From Camelus dromedarius (taxonomy: Eukaryota), in NCBI RefSeq assembly GCF_036321535.1, contig NC_087437.1:8556001-8620000 (forward strand): a DNA stretch of 64,000 nucleotides, read 5' to 3'. This document shows, piece after piece, positions 52,610 through 64,000 of the stretch. Position numbers and translations under genes: made by a program. Within the stretch, counting starts at the first letter, position 1. Every line of letters begins with the position of its first letter. A model generated the notes under the pieces. It made no database searches, was not told where the DNA came from, and saw only the letters and a program-made list of their open reading frames with translations.

Positions 52610-52820
52610 TTAGAGCTTAAAGTTCTGGATTTTAGTTCCACTGCTACAAGCAATAATACCATTAACTAGCCTTGTGTTTAATTGTCCAGAACTTTCTGTG
52701 CCTCACAGTCTTAATCTGTAAATAGGGATACTTTCTTATCTCAGGGGGTTGGAGTGACAACAGAATAATTCAGCAAATATGCAGTTATCTTTGAAAGACT
52801 AAACCACTACTCACGTGTGT
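52610..52820 (+). mobile_element. MIR
   Basis: TTTCTGTGCCTCA..ATCTGTAAATAGGGATA core. Confidence 0.65.
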
Positions 52821-52849
52821 GGTAAAACTATACAGTTTCCTACTGTGCT

Positions 52850-53760
52850 TAAATGTAATACATGTGATAAAAAATTAAGGAAATACAGATACACACAAAA
52901 ATGTAGACAAACTAAAAGTAGAAAATTTAAATTTACATCACCTATAATTTCATAACATATTTTGAGGTATAGCCTCCCAGTCCAGTTTTAAGTACGTTTG
53001 TGTGTATATACAAAACATATTCTTTTTTTTTTTTAACAAAAAATTGTAAGATTTAAAAAAAATTTACAGTCCACCCTGGACATTTTTCCAAGCCATGAAA
53101 TATTTTTCTTTTATGTGTTTTTATGGCTGTTCATACTGTTCTATGACTGTACCATACTTTATTTTACCTATTCCCAATTGTCAAATATTTAGTTGGTTTC
53201 CATTTTTATTATTATGATAAACAGTGCTGCAGAGAACACTTTTACTGCAAGTTATTTACCAGGAACTTGGTATATATATTTCTGCATCTATTCAAGTTAT
53301 CATTTTCATTTCTCAGTGAAGTTTTATAACTTGCATAGGACTTGGATAGTACATTTTTTCACTTTATTAAATTATCATATTAGTTGTTGGTCCTAAAGTG
53401 TTATTCCAGACCCTCCAGGGTTTTTTTAGGTGGTTAAGAATGTCCAAATGAAATCATGACACCGTGTCTCCTTTTAATACCTTTATCCCTCACTGCAGCA
53501 GCTTGTACGCTACTGGACAATGTTGAAATGAACAGTGGTGAAAGCAGACATTGCCAGGTTGTGTTCACCTTTAATAATCATGCTTCTATTAAAATGTCAA
53601 ATGCTAGTGTGGGGCTAATATTGTTTATCATGTTAAAGAGGGCTAGGAATAAATTTTTTAAAGTATGGAATGGATGTTGGAATTTACCAAATGTCCTTTT
53701 TGGCCTCTATTGGGAGAATTGTACAACTTTTGTCTTTTGCCCCAATAACAGGATTAATTC
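52850..53760 (-). mobile_element. Ancient L1ME fragments
   Basis: GTACCATACTTTATTTTACCTATTCCC, TTGAAATGAACAGTGGTGAAAGCAGACA and GAATGGATGTTGGAATTT. Confidence 0.65.
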
Positions 53761-55379
53761 TGATAAGGGTCATGCAGCAGAGTTAGCTGTGTAGCTGTGG
53801 AGTGAGGGCTGTGCTCAGAGACAGCAAAAAACATGCTGGGGACGAGGCTTCAGAAGCTTACGGATCTAACCACCCCGTGGAAGTTGTTTATCTGCTTTGA
53901 AAAGCAGTTACTTCTTTACAATGGGAATGCTAAATCTCTCACAGAACTAATTCTATGACTACGGAAGTGCTTTTTAGACTGTGATTTTAAATATCAGGGC
54001 GGTCTCTATAATTTTATTCAGCTATGCCCTACTTAGTTTTCAAAGTCCAAACACTAGCACAGGGTTAGTGCTTCTTTTTTTGTGGACGGAGAGTGTTTTG
54101 ATTTTCCTAACTGCACAGTTTCTTTTTTTTAAGTTTAACCGAAGTAATGCACACATACAAACAAGTGCACGCATCATAAATTAAAAGCTTGCTGTGTTAC
54201 CACAAAGAGGGTACAGTCATAGTCAAGAAATAGAACATTACCAGCATCCCAGAAGTGTGAGAGATGATTCTACTTTTAAGCTGTTAATTTCACTGGAATC
54301 TTTTTTGGACATCAGACTGTGGCTCCTGCTCATCTGCCAGATTCAGAAGGCAGCATTTTGTCAGAAGAAATTTCAGTAGCAGCAGCTGTTAGGCATGTCA
54401 AGTCAGGATTTGGGGGCTAATCAAACACTTGGGAGGCTAGGATCATCTCTGCTATGAAGAACAGTCTTCTCTGAAGTCAGCTTTGTGTTGCCTTCTTCAG
54501 CAGGTTTATTGCCTTCCTCTTAGTGCCCTGATACTTGATATTTTAAAAACAAAAGAGGCTGCGATACTGAAAAATAAATAATAAAATTCAAGCTGGTAAA
54601 TATGAGGCCACACATTGTCATTCTGATATTAAAAAAAAAAAAGTTCCTGAATTTCTGATTCAGATAATTCAGTGTGCTTGCAAGTTTTTAGGAGAGTTAA
54701 CAAATTACTTCACTTTGCTTTCTAGAATCCTGTGATTCAGCTGAATAAATACTGGAAAAGAGAGCAAGCCTCACAGAAGCAGCTTGCATGGAATCATGTA
54801 ATTTTGGGTTCAATGGTTTAAACAAAGCTCCAAGTCCTTTATATCTCAGATGAGTGTAGCACCCTGAAAACTCTTGAGCCAGTTTTATGTTTTTAATTAT
54901 GCGATTTCTCTTTTAATCTTAGCGAAGGGATGCCGATGTCTTAGCAGGGAAGGGTGAAGCACACAACCTTAGCAGACTTGATTCTTTACACTCTCGCCCC
55001 ACATCGTGGCCTCCACGCACAGAAAATCTTGGAAGAGGTCAGGATTTGGAGAAGCTGGTCAGTGTTTCTCAGGGGAGCAAAGGACTCAGGACTATGCCTG
55101 AGTCCTCGTAAGGCGTATGCAGTTCTAACATCTAAAATAACGTATATTATTGCTCTTGGGGAAAGCGAAACAATGATCCCACCATTACTGGTGATAACAT
55201 GTACAAATTTCACAACCCCCCCAGGTCTGTGTGTACAAGAAAATGTAACTTTTTTTTTTGAACTTGTCTAATTTCCTGAAGGCTTAAATACCATCTAAGC
55301 AAAGCAGAGGCCATCTGGCTTCTATTGTTTTTTGCTTTTCTGCCGAAACAGCTATCTCTGGGTGGAGGGACTCTGATGG

Positions 55380-56170
55380 CAAGGTGCCGTAGGGTGGGAC
55401 CTGGGCAGGGAGCAGGAGTGTAGGTATGGGAGCAAGGAATTGTGGGTGAAATGAAACTCTGGTTGTTACCTAAAATTATTATCCCATCTCACCGACAGGC
55501 AAGGCCAAATTGCTGTTCATAGGACTATAGCGTAGAGATTCTGCACCCAGCTGTTGAAAGGAAAGTGTTCCTCTCTTTACTTCTTTTTTTCTCAATCCCC
55601 GCCCACTAACAGGTGAATAATTAAGCTCATTTCCATTTAATAATGCACTGCGTGGGAATAGATATGCATTTGGAGAGTGATTAAGAGAGATTAAACTTGA
55701 CACTTGGCTTCCAGAAAAATAATGGCTGAGGCTTTAGCAGACACAGAAAACCACAGACAGGCCGAATTCAGTCTGAGAGCTCAAAGTCCTTCTCTGGAAC
55801 AGGGCTTCCCTAAGCAATCTCTTGCAGCAATAAGTTCCCTGCCCTAAATGATCCCAGGCAAACAGGTGGAAAATTTCAATTGCTTAGAAAACGTGGAAAG
55901 TGATGGACATACCTGGACCCGTGTCCATCCGGACTATTTACAGGAATTTTCTCCGGATGGTACGTGGTCAGAGGGAACCGGGAGCGCTGCAGAGTTCAGC
56001 ATATCCATTATTTCGGATCCTGTGTAACGGCATGTAAAAATGTCAGCAGATTGAAGACTAGTTAGACTGAAGATTGAATTTAATAATTGTTTGTATTATA
56101 ATTTTATGGGGTTGGAAAATATTAAGGCCTTTGGATGTAGAAAATTGCCCCCATTGCCTGAGTCATCCTC
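55380..56170. promoter_or_regulatory. Candidate regulatory block (motif- and CpG-rich unique sequence)
   Basis: G4 motif 55392-55410, GC box CCCCGCCCA, RBPJ CGTGGGAA 55651-55658, RUNX AACCACA 55749-55755, AP-1 TGAGTCA 56159-56165, CpG cluster 55890-56030. Confidence 0.35.
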
Positions 56171-57267
56171 AGTTCCCGCTGTATGAAATCGCATTTTCCC
56201 CTTACAAGTTAGTCCTGTTATTATGTGTCCTTGTAACCGTTGACTTTGAAACTTCCTTTCTAAAGCCCCCTAATAACTTACTTTGTGAAGAGGCAGACGC
56301 AAAAGAAGAGGGCAAGGATTTAAGTAAGGCTGTATTGACTTTCCTTGGGATGGCGTTTTTATTGGGATTTATGAATGATTGTGGAGAAATCATTTTAGAG
56401 CTGGAAAGGAATTTACAGAGATCATCAAATACAAGTCCCTTATTTTATAAAAGCATGTTCACACTACACGATCTATCAATTAGACTGAAAATTCAAAGCA
56501 CCATATCTCATAGGAACATTGCCTGTACGGGAGAGGGATGGGCACACTGTTTCCTATTTTTAGAAATATTCGGTCTGCATTATAAAGGGTATCTCAGAGA
56601 CAGCAGTCACTATCCCTTGATCCTTGATGTTGGCGGTAAATGCCTTAAAGGTCACTGTTCTTGGGGATGTCTGAGACTGTCCTTGCCTGGGCTGCTGGTG
56701 TTTGCATGGCCCCTTGGATGCTTGTCCCAAATGGTTATCAGGTACTTACATTTGTAACAGTTACTGAAGACCAAGTTTTAAGCTCTGATAACTTGGTTTG
56801 ATCACTAATTGCTTATGACTTCCTTTGGAGTTCTAAGATTTCACTGCCAATTATTTTTACAGAGTGAGTTTTGCTAAACCAGCACTTAGAACGTTAAAAA
56901 AAAAAAATTTCCAGCAAAAGGAATAGACTTCAGTGCAACTGCTTCCCTGAAATTATGAGTCTGAAAGAAACATAACTTTGGCCTTTGACGCATTTTGCTA
57001 ACTTGTGCGGGTCAAGGAACCCTTTCTCCATAATGGAGGTACTTTCCACTGATAAACAAACACACACAATTTTTTATGTTTGAAGAACTTGACCTATTGC
57101 CTTGGAAAGACTTAATGTGGATTTGTAAGTATTTTGTGATTAAGTGGCTGTTATCTGTTATGTCCCAACAGTTTCTGTTTTCTAGTTATAAGCCACAAAT
57201 GTATTCCACAAATACCCACTCAGGAAGAAAATCTGTATTCCCTGGCACGAGTCTCCAGATCATCAAC

Positions 57268-57500
57268 TACTCATTCATTCAGTCGATGGATCAATCACTT
57301 ATTCACAAGTGTCCAATAAGCTCCTTTTATGTTCTGAGCACTGTTTAAGTTACTGTGGAGACACAAAAGTGTATGAGACATAATTTTTTTCTGTCAAGAA
57401 TTTATAATCTTTGAGCAATAATGAGTTGTATGCAAATAACTATGATGTGAGCTCTTATAATGGGAAGTGTTAAGCAGTATTTTGCAGTTGAGAAGAGGGA
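57268..57500 (-). mobile_element. L2 3' end
   Basis: CTCATTCATTCA..AGCACTGTTTAAG..GGAGACACAAAAG..TCAAGAATTTATAATCT. Confidence 0.7.
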
Positions 57501-58029
57501 GTAAGATACTAACCCCACCGTGCTTGCAGATGCTGCCTGTGCTTATGTGTGTGTATTACGCACACATATTTGAGGTGTGTACACACAAACATACATGATG
57601 TGTATAGAGTGTGTCTATACGTACATATGAGGTGTATACCCACACACACATACTATTCATGTGTAATGCACGCACGCGCACACACACATACTTCAGAGGT
57701 AATGCTTTTGTGTTTTGTTCTGTTACTATGTCAAAAGAGCCTCCTCAGGTATTGTGAGGAGAGGTAATTGACGTCAAGGGTTACCAGAGCAATCAATATC
57801 CTTTGTCCAAAATTCCATTGCTCATTCCAGTGTGTGGAATTGATGACTTTCTACTTTGTTCTGTGAACAGAGAGCGCAAATTGTGGACAGTGCTCCAGGA
57901 TGGTAAGGATTCCTTCTTTTCTTGTGAGTTTTAAACATTTTATCTCTAAAACCTCAGACCTAACACACACTCAGAAAATATTCTTTGAATGAATTAACTT
58001 GGGCAGCCCAGGTAAATAGTCCTTCCCAT

Positions 58030-58480
58030 CAGTCAGAGGTCACTTTGAACACTGTAATAAATATCCAAAATGATATTGATGTAAGCAAGATAGAAGTTTA
58101 TTTATTTATTTATTCATGCAGCAATCTGTTATAAATAGTTTAGGTCTGTTTTTGTCATTTTGTGGTATCAGGGGCCCAAGGTTCTTTTACCGTATTCTGT
58201 CACCATCCATAGGGTATTGTCTTTATTTACTTAGAGCAATTTAATTTACTCTATTACCTGAAATCCTGCCAGCAGGAAGGAGGAAAGAAGGGGAAGAGGG
58301 CTTGCTCGTTCACTTGAAGATGATAACTTGAAAATTGCACAAATCATTTCCACTCATAGCTCATTGGTCACAAGTTGTCACGTGGTTGCAGCTGGGCAGA
58401 AGCATGGCTAGGAATATGAGGACTGGCTGGGCAGCCATAAGCCTTAGGTAATCAGACGCTGTCAGCAGTTTCTGCCATAG
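58030..58480 (-). mobile_element. Old MaLR LTR (MLT1J/K-like)
   Basis: AAGCAAGATAGAAGTTTATTT; TTCCACTCATAGCTCATTGGTCA..GTCACGTGG; GCTGGGCAGCCAT. Confidence 0.7.
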
Positions 58481-61400
58481 CCTCTTACTCATGGTATAAG
58501 TGTCATGTTTTCTTCAGTGTGATTCTACCATGCGTCATGTTTTCATTGTACAATCTGGCGCCTCCAATGTTGGAGTGTGTGAGAAGAAGATCTCAACTCA
58601 TCCTCTGGTAGTTTTTCTAGCCAAAGAAAGTGCTTTGTGATGATCACTGGATTCTCAGATTTGTATCTGGTTATTACAGGAACTCACATCATTGTAGAAT
58701 TTCCACGTGTCTTTGCCAAGAAAACAGTTCCGTCCTTTGATTGACCCTCACCCCTCCCATTTAGGGCTAGTATCCAAATAGAGGAGATCACTATTTTCTT
58801 CAGTAAGTGTTCCAGACTGTTGGTCGATTCATTGTCCAACAGGAACTGTGCCAGGTTGCTGAGGTCTGTTGAAGGTGAATTTTGAGTTGAAAACAGTCAT
58901 CAGGGGTCTCTTTTCTATCCATTTGCCTTTGTCTTAGGAACCCTTATAACACTTGACAGATTTTTAAAAAATGAAATTATTCATTTCATTTCTTGAGGAG
59001 AAACATCAAAAGATAGTACAGCTTGGCGAACATCACAGGGTAGATTTCTAACCCAACTGGATGCTTGGGCACCTGTCCTAAACCATGTCCCTTCCCTGTT
59101 TGCCATATTTATTTAAATGTCATGGGGTTGAGGGAGATTTCGGACACATCTGGATTTTATCAGATGCATGACATGACTGGACTGATTTGGGTGCTATTTT
59201 GTAGTCATTTCATGCAACATGAGACAGAACTGAGTTTCCCTTCTTTGGCTGCTTTGAGCTGTAACCCGTCAAGGCAACAAGTTCTCTTGGTAGGGGGTGA
59301 TGATACGGGAGATGAGCTTCGACTGGACCACTACATGTTTTCCGTAGATGATTAATTTATTCTTGGAGGTAAAAATGGATGCGGATCTCTAACGTGAGAC
59401 GACAGGGTTATTCCCCCCCATAAGGTAATAAGTGTCACATTCTTCACGATGACCTGAAGGATGAACATCGGATTGTAGATTCAGCCTCTACTATGGCTCT
59501 GATGTGATGGAAAAATAGAATATTTTTATCTGGCCTGTAATAAATCTTGTTTCACTTTCATGATTAAGTCTCTACTTGTCAATCAGTTGGGAAAAATAAA
59601 TTTTAGTCCTATTCAGTTTGTATTTTAGTCCAGTCATGTCATGGATAGTGTACAGTCTTAACATGACTCTGGGGTCCAGCCAGCCATTCCCTCTGCCTGC
59701 TTTCCTTCCTCTAAGGTAGCATCAAGCAGTGGGAGGACTTACATTCCTTTGGTGAGAAGATTACTCCTTGATCTGCTGGACCTCTAGTGGACACAGGCTG
59801 ACAGCTGCAGTCTGTTGACCTCCCAGATTCACCTTGGTTTCCATTAGATTCAGATCTCTAAGTCCCCTCCATGGCATCCTGAGTGAATGGTGTTGACTCA
59901 TTATGCCACGGAGGGCTCCACTGCAGCTTCTTGGAGCCTTGATGATGGCCCCTGGGAGTGGGGGGGTACTCAAGAGAGCTAAACCTGTGCCTGACCACTT
60001 ACATGTCTGTGGCGGCAGCAGAGCAAGAGACATTGGCTTCTCTTTGTCATGGGCATTAAAGGCTTCAGCAGTGGACTGAGATGTCTCCTTTACACAATGG
60101 AAGAATGCCATGACATGAACTGTTGACCTGGTGAAGGAGGAGGCAAAGATCTGGGAGAGTCCTTCTCAAGATGCTTGGTTTTATTTAAGCCATTCACTAA
60201 CATTCTTTTTGCAATAAATTTTAATGGCTATGGGTTGAGGATGCTGGCAAATGTAGTGACATCAGAAAAGTAAAAGAAATGTAGACAAACTCATATCTAT
60301 ATGTATCTATATATAGTTCCTAATAACACGTTATTTGCAGTAGGACTCCTGTGAAAGCCCAGAGCCTGATCCCCAATCCGGCTCACAGATCCTAGTTTTC
60401 TGGTCTGCTTTCTCTATGAGACAAATGAGTTATTATCCTGCCAATATTTTAGCTACTGTGAGTTAAAAATATCTCGTTCACCCTTATCCAACTATCTTCC
60501 TCTCTTCCCTTTCATTAACACTCCTGGAGGAAAAGACAAGGTGGCTTTTTCATTGTTGTTTTCATGTGTCCAGGAATGGATATACAGGGAAAGCTAAGAC
60601 AGTCTTTTTTTTTTTTTTTTCTGTGTAGATTTTAGGGATACTAAGATGAGCACATTATGAACCAATGACAATAGCCCGATTCACCTCTTTAGGAAAAATG
60701 GTGCATCTATATTTAATGAACTTTTACAAGGTGACAGCTGTATACCAGCTGAAGCCCACAGAAAACAGACCACAAAGTCAAATAATTTTGGAAAATTCTG
60801 CCTGTTATTTTCCCCTTTGGGAACAGATAGTACAAATTAATGTTATAGGGTCCTGCAGTTAAGAACCCTAGTTTTGCCCAACACACTGCCACCAAATGTT
60901 ATGAGACTAGAGAAACATTGTTCTTTAATTTGTGTGGGACAACTTGTGGCATCATTCAAAAAATGTCGAACTCTGGAACACCTTTCAGGAAATGCTGATT
61001 TAGGTATCAGTACTCTCGAGAAATCATTTTGCAAAAATGGAAAGTATTTTATATCAAGAATGTTCTTTGAGTGTATTGTGTCATGTAGATGTATGTATAT
61101 ACCTCACAAATAATGCCTTTTTTCTTACAAAAGAAAGGCTTATTCAGATATTTTGTTGTTTACTCTGATGTTATATCATTCCAAGGAGTTCCACAGCCAA
61201 CACTTGTAAATGCCATTTACATTTCTCTTCCACTAACAAACGCTGTGGCCTCCCTGCCTTCCTACTCACACCTGCCTGGCTACTCGTACATGAAGAAAAT
61301 AGCAGTGTCTTCCAGCTGCCTGATAGCCCATTGGTTAAAGTCTCATTCTTTTTTTTTTTTTCCTTAAATTATTTTTAACGGATTGTTTTAAAGGTCAATG

Positions 61401-61514
61401 AAAGAGGATACCTTACATTTTTTCCATAGCACAAACAGCTTCTGCAGTTTTGTTGTTTGTTACTAAAGCCAAGTTGAAGAAGCTCCTTAAGAAACTTCAA
61501 AGGACTCATCTTCT

Positions 61515-61609
61515 GGGGGGATGAGTAGAGCTCAGTGCTAGAGCACATGCTTGGCGTGCATGATGTCCTGGGTTCAATTCCCCAGTACCTCCATTAAAAA
61601 AAAAAAAAA
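61515..61609 (+). mobile_element. Vic-1-type camelid tRNA-derived SINE
   Basis: GGGGGGATGAGTAGAGCTCAGTGCTAGAGCAC..GTCCTGGGTTCAATTCCCCAGTACCTCCATT plus A-tail (pol III A and B boxes). Confidence 0.92.
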
Positions 61610-61612
61610 GTC

Positions 61613-61713
61613 TTTTTTTAAATTGAAGTACAGCCAGTTTACACAAATCGAAGTTGTGTCAGTTTCTGGTGTACAGCATCATGTTTCAGTCATGCATGTA
61701 CATATATATATTC
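61613..61713 (-). mobile_element. Extreme 3' ~100 bp of a young camelid L1
   Basis: T-run, AATTGAAGTACAG..TTTCTGGTGTACAGCATCATGTTTCAGTCAT (same motif as at ~42400). Confidence 0.88.
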
Positions 61714-62369
61714 AAGGTTCATCTTCTTAAAAACAATCCAAATCATATGGGAATTGGTTCAAATTTTTAATGTTAGTAACTTCGCAATTTTTTTCTCCAT
61801 CAAGGGTTGCTTATAACTCTGGTTGTTTTTTCCTCAGAGGTTGATGCTTATGTATCTTACTAATCCTTGCCTTAAGTTCATGGAAAGCTGTTAAAATTGA
61901 GTGGATTTGGAGGCTGGGGCCCTTTGGAGGCTTTACCAGATGTGTTGAGTTTAGCCTTTAGCAAAACTTCATTAGACCTTCCTTAGCATACGTCTCCTTG
62001 TCATAGACAGCAGATGAGAGGCTGGAGAGCAGCTTGAATCCAGTCATTTTCACTAAAAGCAGCAAATAATGGGTATTAAACACTTAATTAAACAGAGACC
62101 ATTCCAGATTGGAAGGGCTTCCACCACAGCTTTGCTGGAGCAAGTGTTCTGTTTGCATCTCCAAGGGAAAAACACTATTAAGTGATCCTTCTGTGAATTA
62201 TGCAGAAAAGCTATTTTGATCTGCAAAACATCTTCCAAGCCCCCATGCATAAGTGGACACATGCTAGAGAAGTTAATGCTCTTACCCTCACATGAAACCA
62301 TGAACATCACTGACAGAATTTCCTCTTTGTCAAATGCAGATGAACCAAGTTTGGGTGCGGGGAGGTCAC

Positions 62370-62550
62370 TGGTATAGCAGAAGTGAAATTGTTTGGAACG
62401 ATGGAAAAACTCAGTTCTATACTAGCTCTAGGTTTGGTTAGCTGTCCCACCTCAGACAAACCACAACTGTCTGGGCCTTAGCTTTCTCATCTTTATATTG
62501 AAGGGGATGGAAAAAATAATCTCCAACAAATGACTTTTCTAATATTTTTG
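62370..62550 (+). mobile_element. MIR
   Basis: TCTGGGCCTTAGCTTTCTCATCTTTATA core. Confidence 0.6.
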
Positions 62551-62824
62551 GATTTCAAGATTAAAAAAAACCAAAACTCAAACACATTTCTCTGGACTTC
62601 ATGTTCTTTTCCCGTCGTCCCCCATGGGTTGGCCCAGAGCGATATGAGTGGCCATCTGAGGATTTACCACTTCGTGATTTATTATGTATTCCAGTTAAAA
62701 GCGAAATCCATAAAAGAAACAACAGATAAGCACTGAATTCAGAAGCTTCTTCAAGTACAGTTTCAAGTTAATCCCTTTTCATCTAATTCAAAATATTTCT
62801 TTCATCATTTATGGTACAATTTTA

Positions 62825-63317
62825 TCTTTTTTTTCTATTCCACTATAGTTTATTACAAGATATTGAATATAGTTCCTTGTGCTATACAGTAGGATCTTGT
62901 TTATCTATTTTATATATAGTGGTGTGGATCTGCTAATCCCAAACTCCTAATTTATCCCTCCCTTCTCCCTTCCCCTTTGGTAACTATAATTTGTTTTGTA
63001 TGTCTGTGTGTCTGTTTCTGTTTTGTAAATAAGTTCATTTGTATCATATTTTAGATTCCACATATACATGATATCATATGATGTTTGTCTTTCTCTGTCT
63101 GGCTTACTTCACTTAGAATGACCATCTACAGGCCCATCCATGTTGCTGCAAATGGCATTATTTTATTCTTTCTTATGGCTGAGTGGTATTCCATTGTATA
63201 TATACACCACATCTTTATCCTGTCATCTGTCGATGGACATTTAGGCTGTTTCCATGTCTTGGCTATTGTATATAGTGCTGCTGTGACCATTGAGGTGCAT
63301 GTGTCTTTCTGGATTAG
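62825..63317 (-). mobile_element. Camelid-type L1 fragment (3'UTR plus ORF2 end)
   Basis: TATAGTTCCTTGTGCTATACAGTAGG; ORF 63126..63518 ends with [33 protein letters not shown]. Confidence 0.93.
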
Positions 63318-63413
63318 CCCAGGGAAAGCTATTGAAGAAGGAGAGAACCATGGACACAGAGCCAGCAGTGACCATAGCAGGGCTGAAGGCTGCCTTGAAC
63401 TGGTGAACTGTGA

Positions 63414-63418
<5 letters not shown>

Positions 63419-63457
<39 letters not shown>
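63419..63457. repeat. (TG)n microsatellite
   Basis: Direct inspection. Confidence 0.98.
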
Positions 63458-63459
<2 letters not shown>

Positions 63460-63679
63460 GGGACATCTGAAACACAGAATGGCCAGAGACAGCAGGGAGA
63501 AGGTAGAGTAGAGGACAACTATAATTGCTGCTTTGACATCTTGCCTGCATTGCCTTGAACAGCTTTGCGTGTCCATTTACTGATGAAAGTCCTGGTGAGG
63601 ACATGATGAAAACAGGTGTGAATTGACAACCACCCTCTCAAGCATTTACTTCTCTCTTTTTTCTTTTTTTCCTTTTTAG

Positions 63680-63723
63680 CTTCAGAATGAGAGTCTACCT
63701 TCTCCTTTCAATGCTCCTTCTTG
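63680..63723 (+). other. Candidate exon containing ATG and a hydrophobic leader (MRVYLLLSMLLLG)
   Basis: ~30-nt polypyrimidine tract + TAG acceptor, ATG at 63687 with A at -3, phase-1 donor TTG|GTAGGC. Confidence 0.25.
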
Positions 63724-64000
63724 GTAGGCATTTAAAAGGGGGACAGCAAATTTAAGGGATCGACAAGGGTTCCACAGTGTCTGTGACTCTTCCCACCCTT
63801 CTTCTTTCCTTAAATACACACGGACTGATGTCGACAGGGGCTTTTCTCACTCCAGGTCACAATGCATGTCACTAAACTAAATACCCGATACCCCACCATG
63901 GACATGAGCTCACGGGCTAAACTAAGTGAACCTCTGGGGAGAAGAATAACTCTATGAAGAAAGACAAGATATTGAACAACATATTTAATCAGCAGCACAA

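Noticed and set aside
56074..56757. Longest ORF in the track (227 aa)
   Set aside because: Non-ATG (TTG) start, no recognisable domain, and it runs through a MIR3-like fragment at ~56385-56450; probably a chance ORF
61515..61595. tRNA gene (also 29330-29406)
   Set aside because: A and B boxes are present, but with a poly(A) tail, TSD and substitutions: a tRNA-derived Vic-1 SINE, not a tRNA
61613..63317. The L1 tip at 61613-61713 and the L1 at 62825-63317 as one element split by 1.1 kb
   Set aside because: They are nearly contiguous in L1 coordinates, but diagnostic motifs differ (the tip matches the 42.4-kb type, the other the 15.8-kb type) and the spacer holds an old MIR; independent insertions are more likely

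Overview
Mammalian genomic DNA, very probably from a camelid (alpaca, llama or camel): it carries two Vic-1-type tRNA-derived SINEs and several L1 3' ends of the camelid/cetartiodactyl type. The window is AT-rich, non-coding-looking and densely layered with interspersed repeats: L1 of several ages, L2, MIR, MaLR/ERVL LTRs, hAT and Tigger DNA transposons, and microsatellites. I cannot recognise any protein-coding gene. The ORFs in the track that I can assign are L1 ORF2 remnants, their antisense frames or microsatellite frames; the rest look like chance ORFs. Most L1 copies lie on the minus strand, which would fit an intron of a plus-strand gene, but this is inference. The most notable items are structural: (i) a ~150-bp local duplicate embedded in an LTR microsatellite; (ii) an MLT2/MLT1B chimeric LTR bounded by one apparent TSD; (iii) a ~375-bp non-L1 polyadenylated-looking insert within an old L1; (iv) a twin-primed inverted L1; (v) a tail-to-tail SINE/L1 composite. 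There are also CpG-retaining, motif-dense unique blocks and a few candidate exons, one with a signal-peptide-like start. Repeat family names come from recalled consensus sequences and need RepeatMasker/Dfam confirmation. I found no convincing novel biological system.
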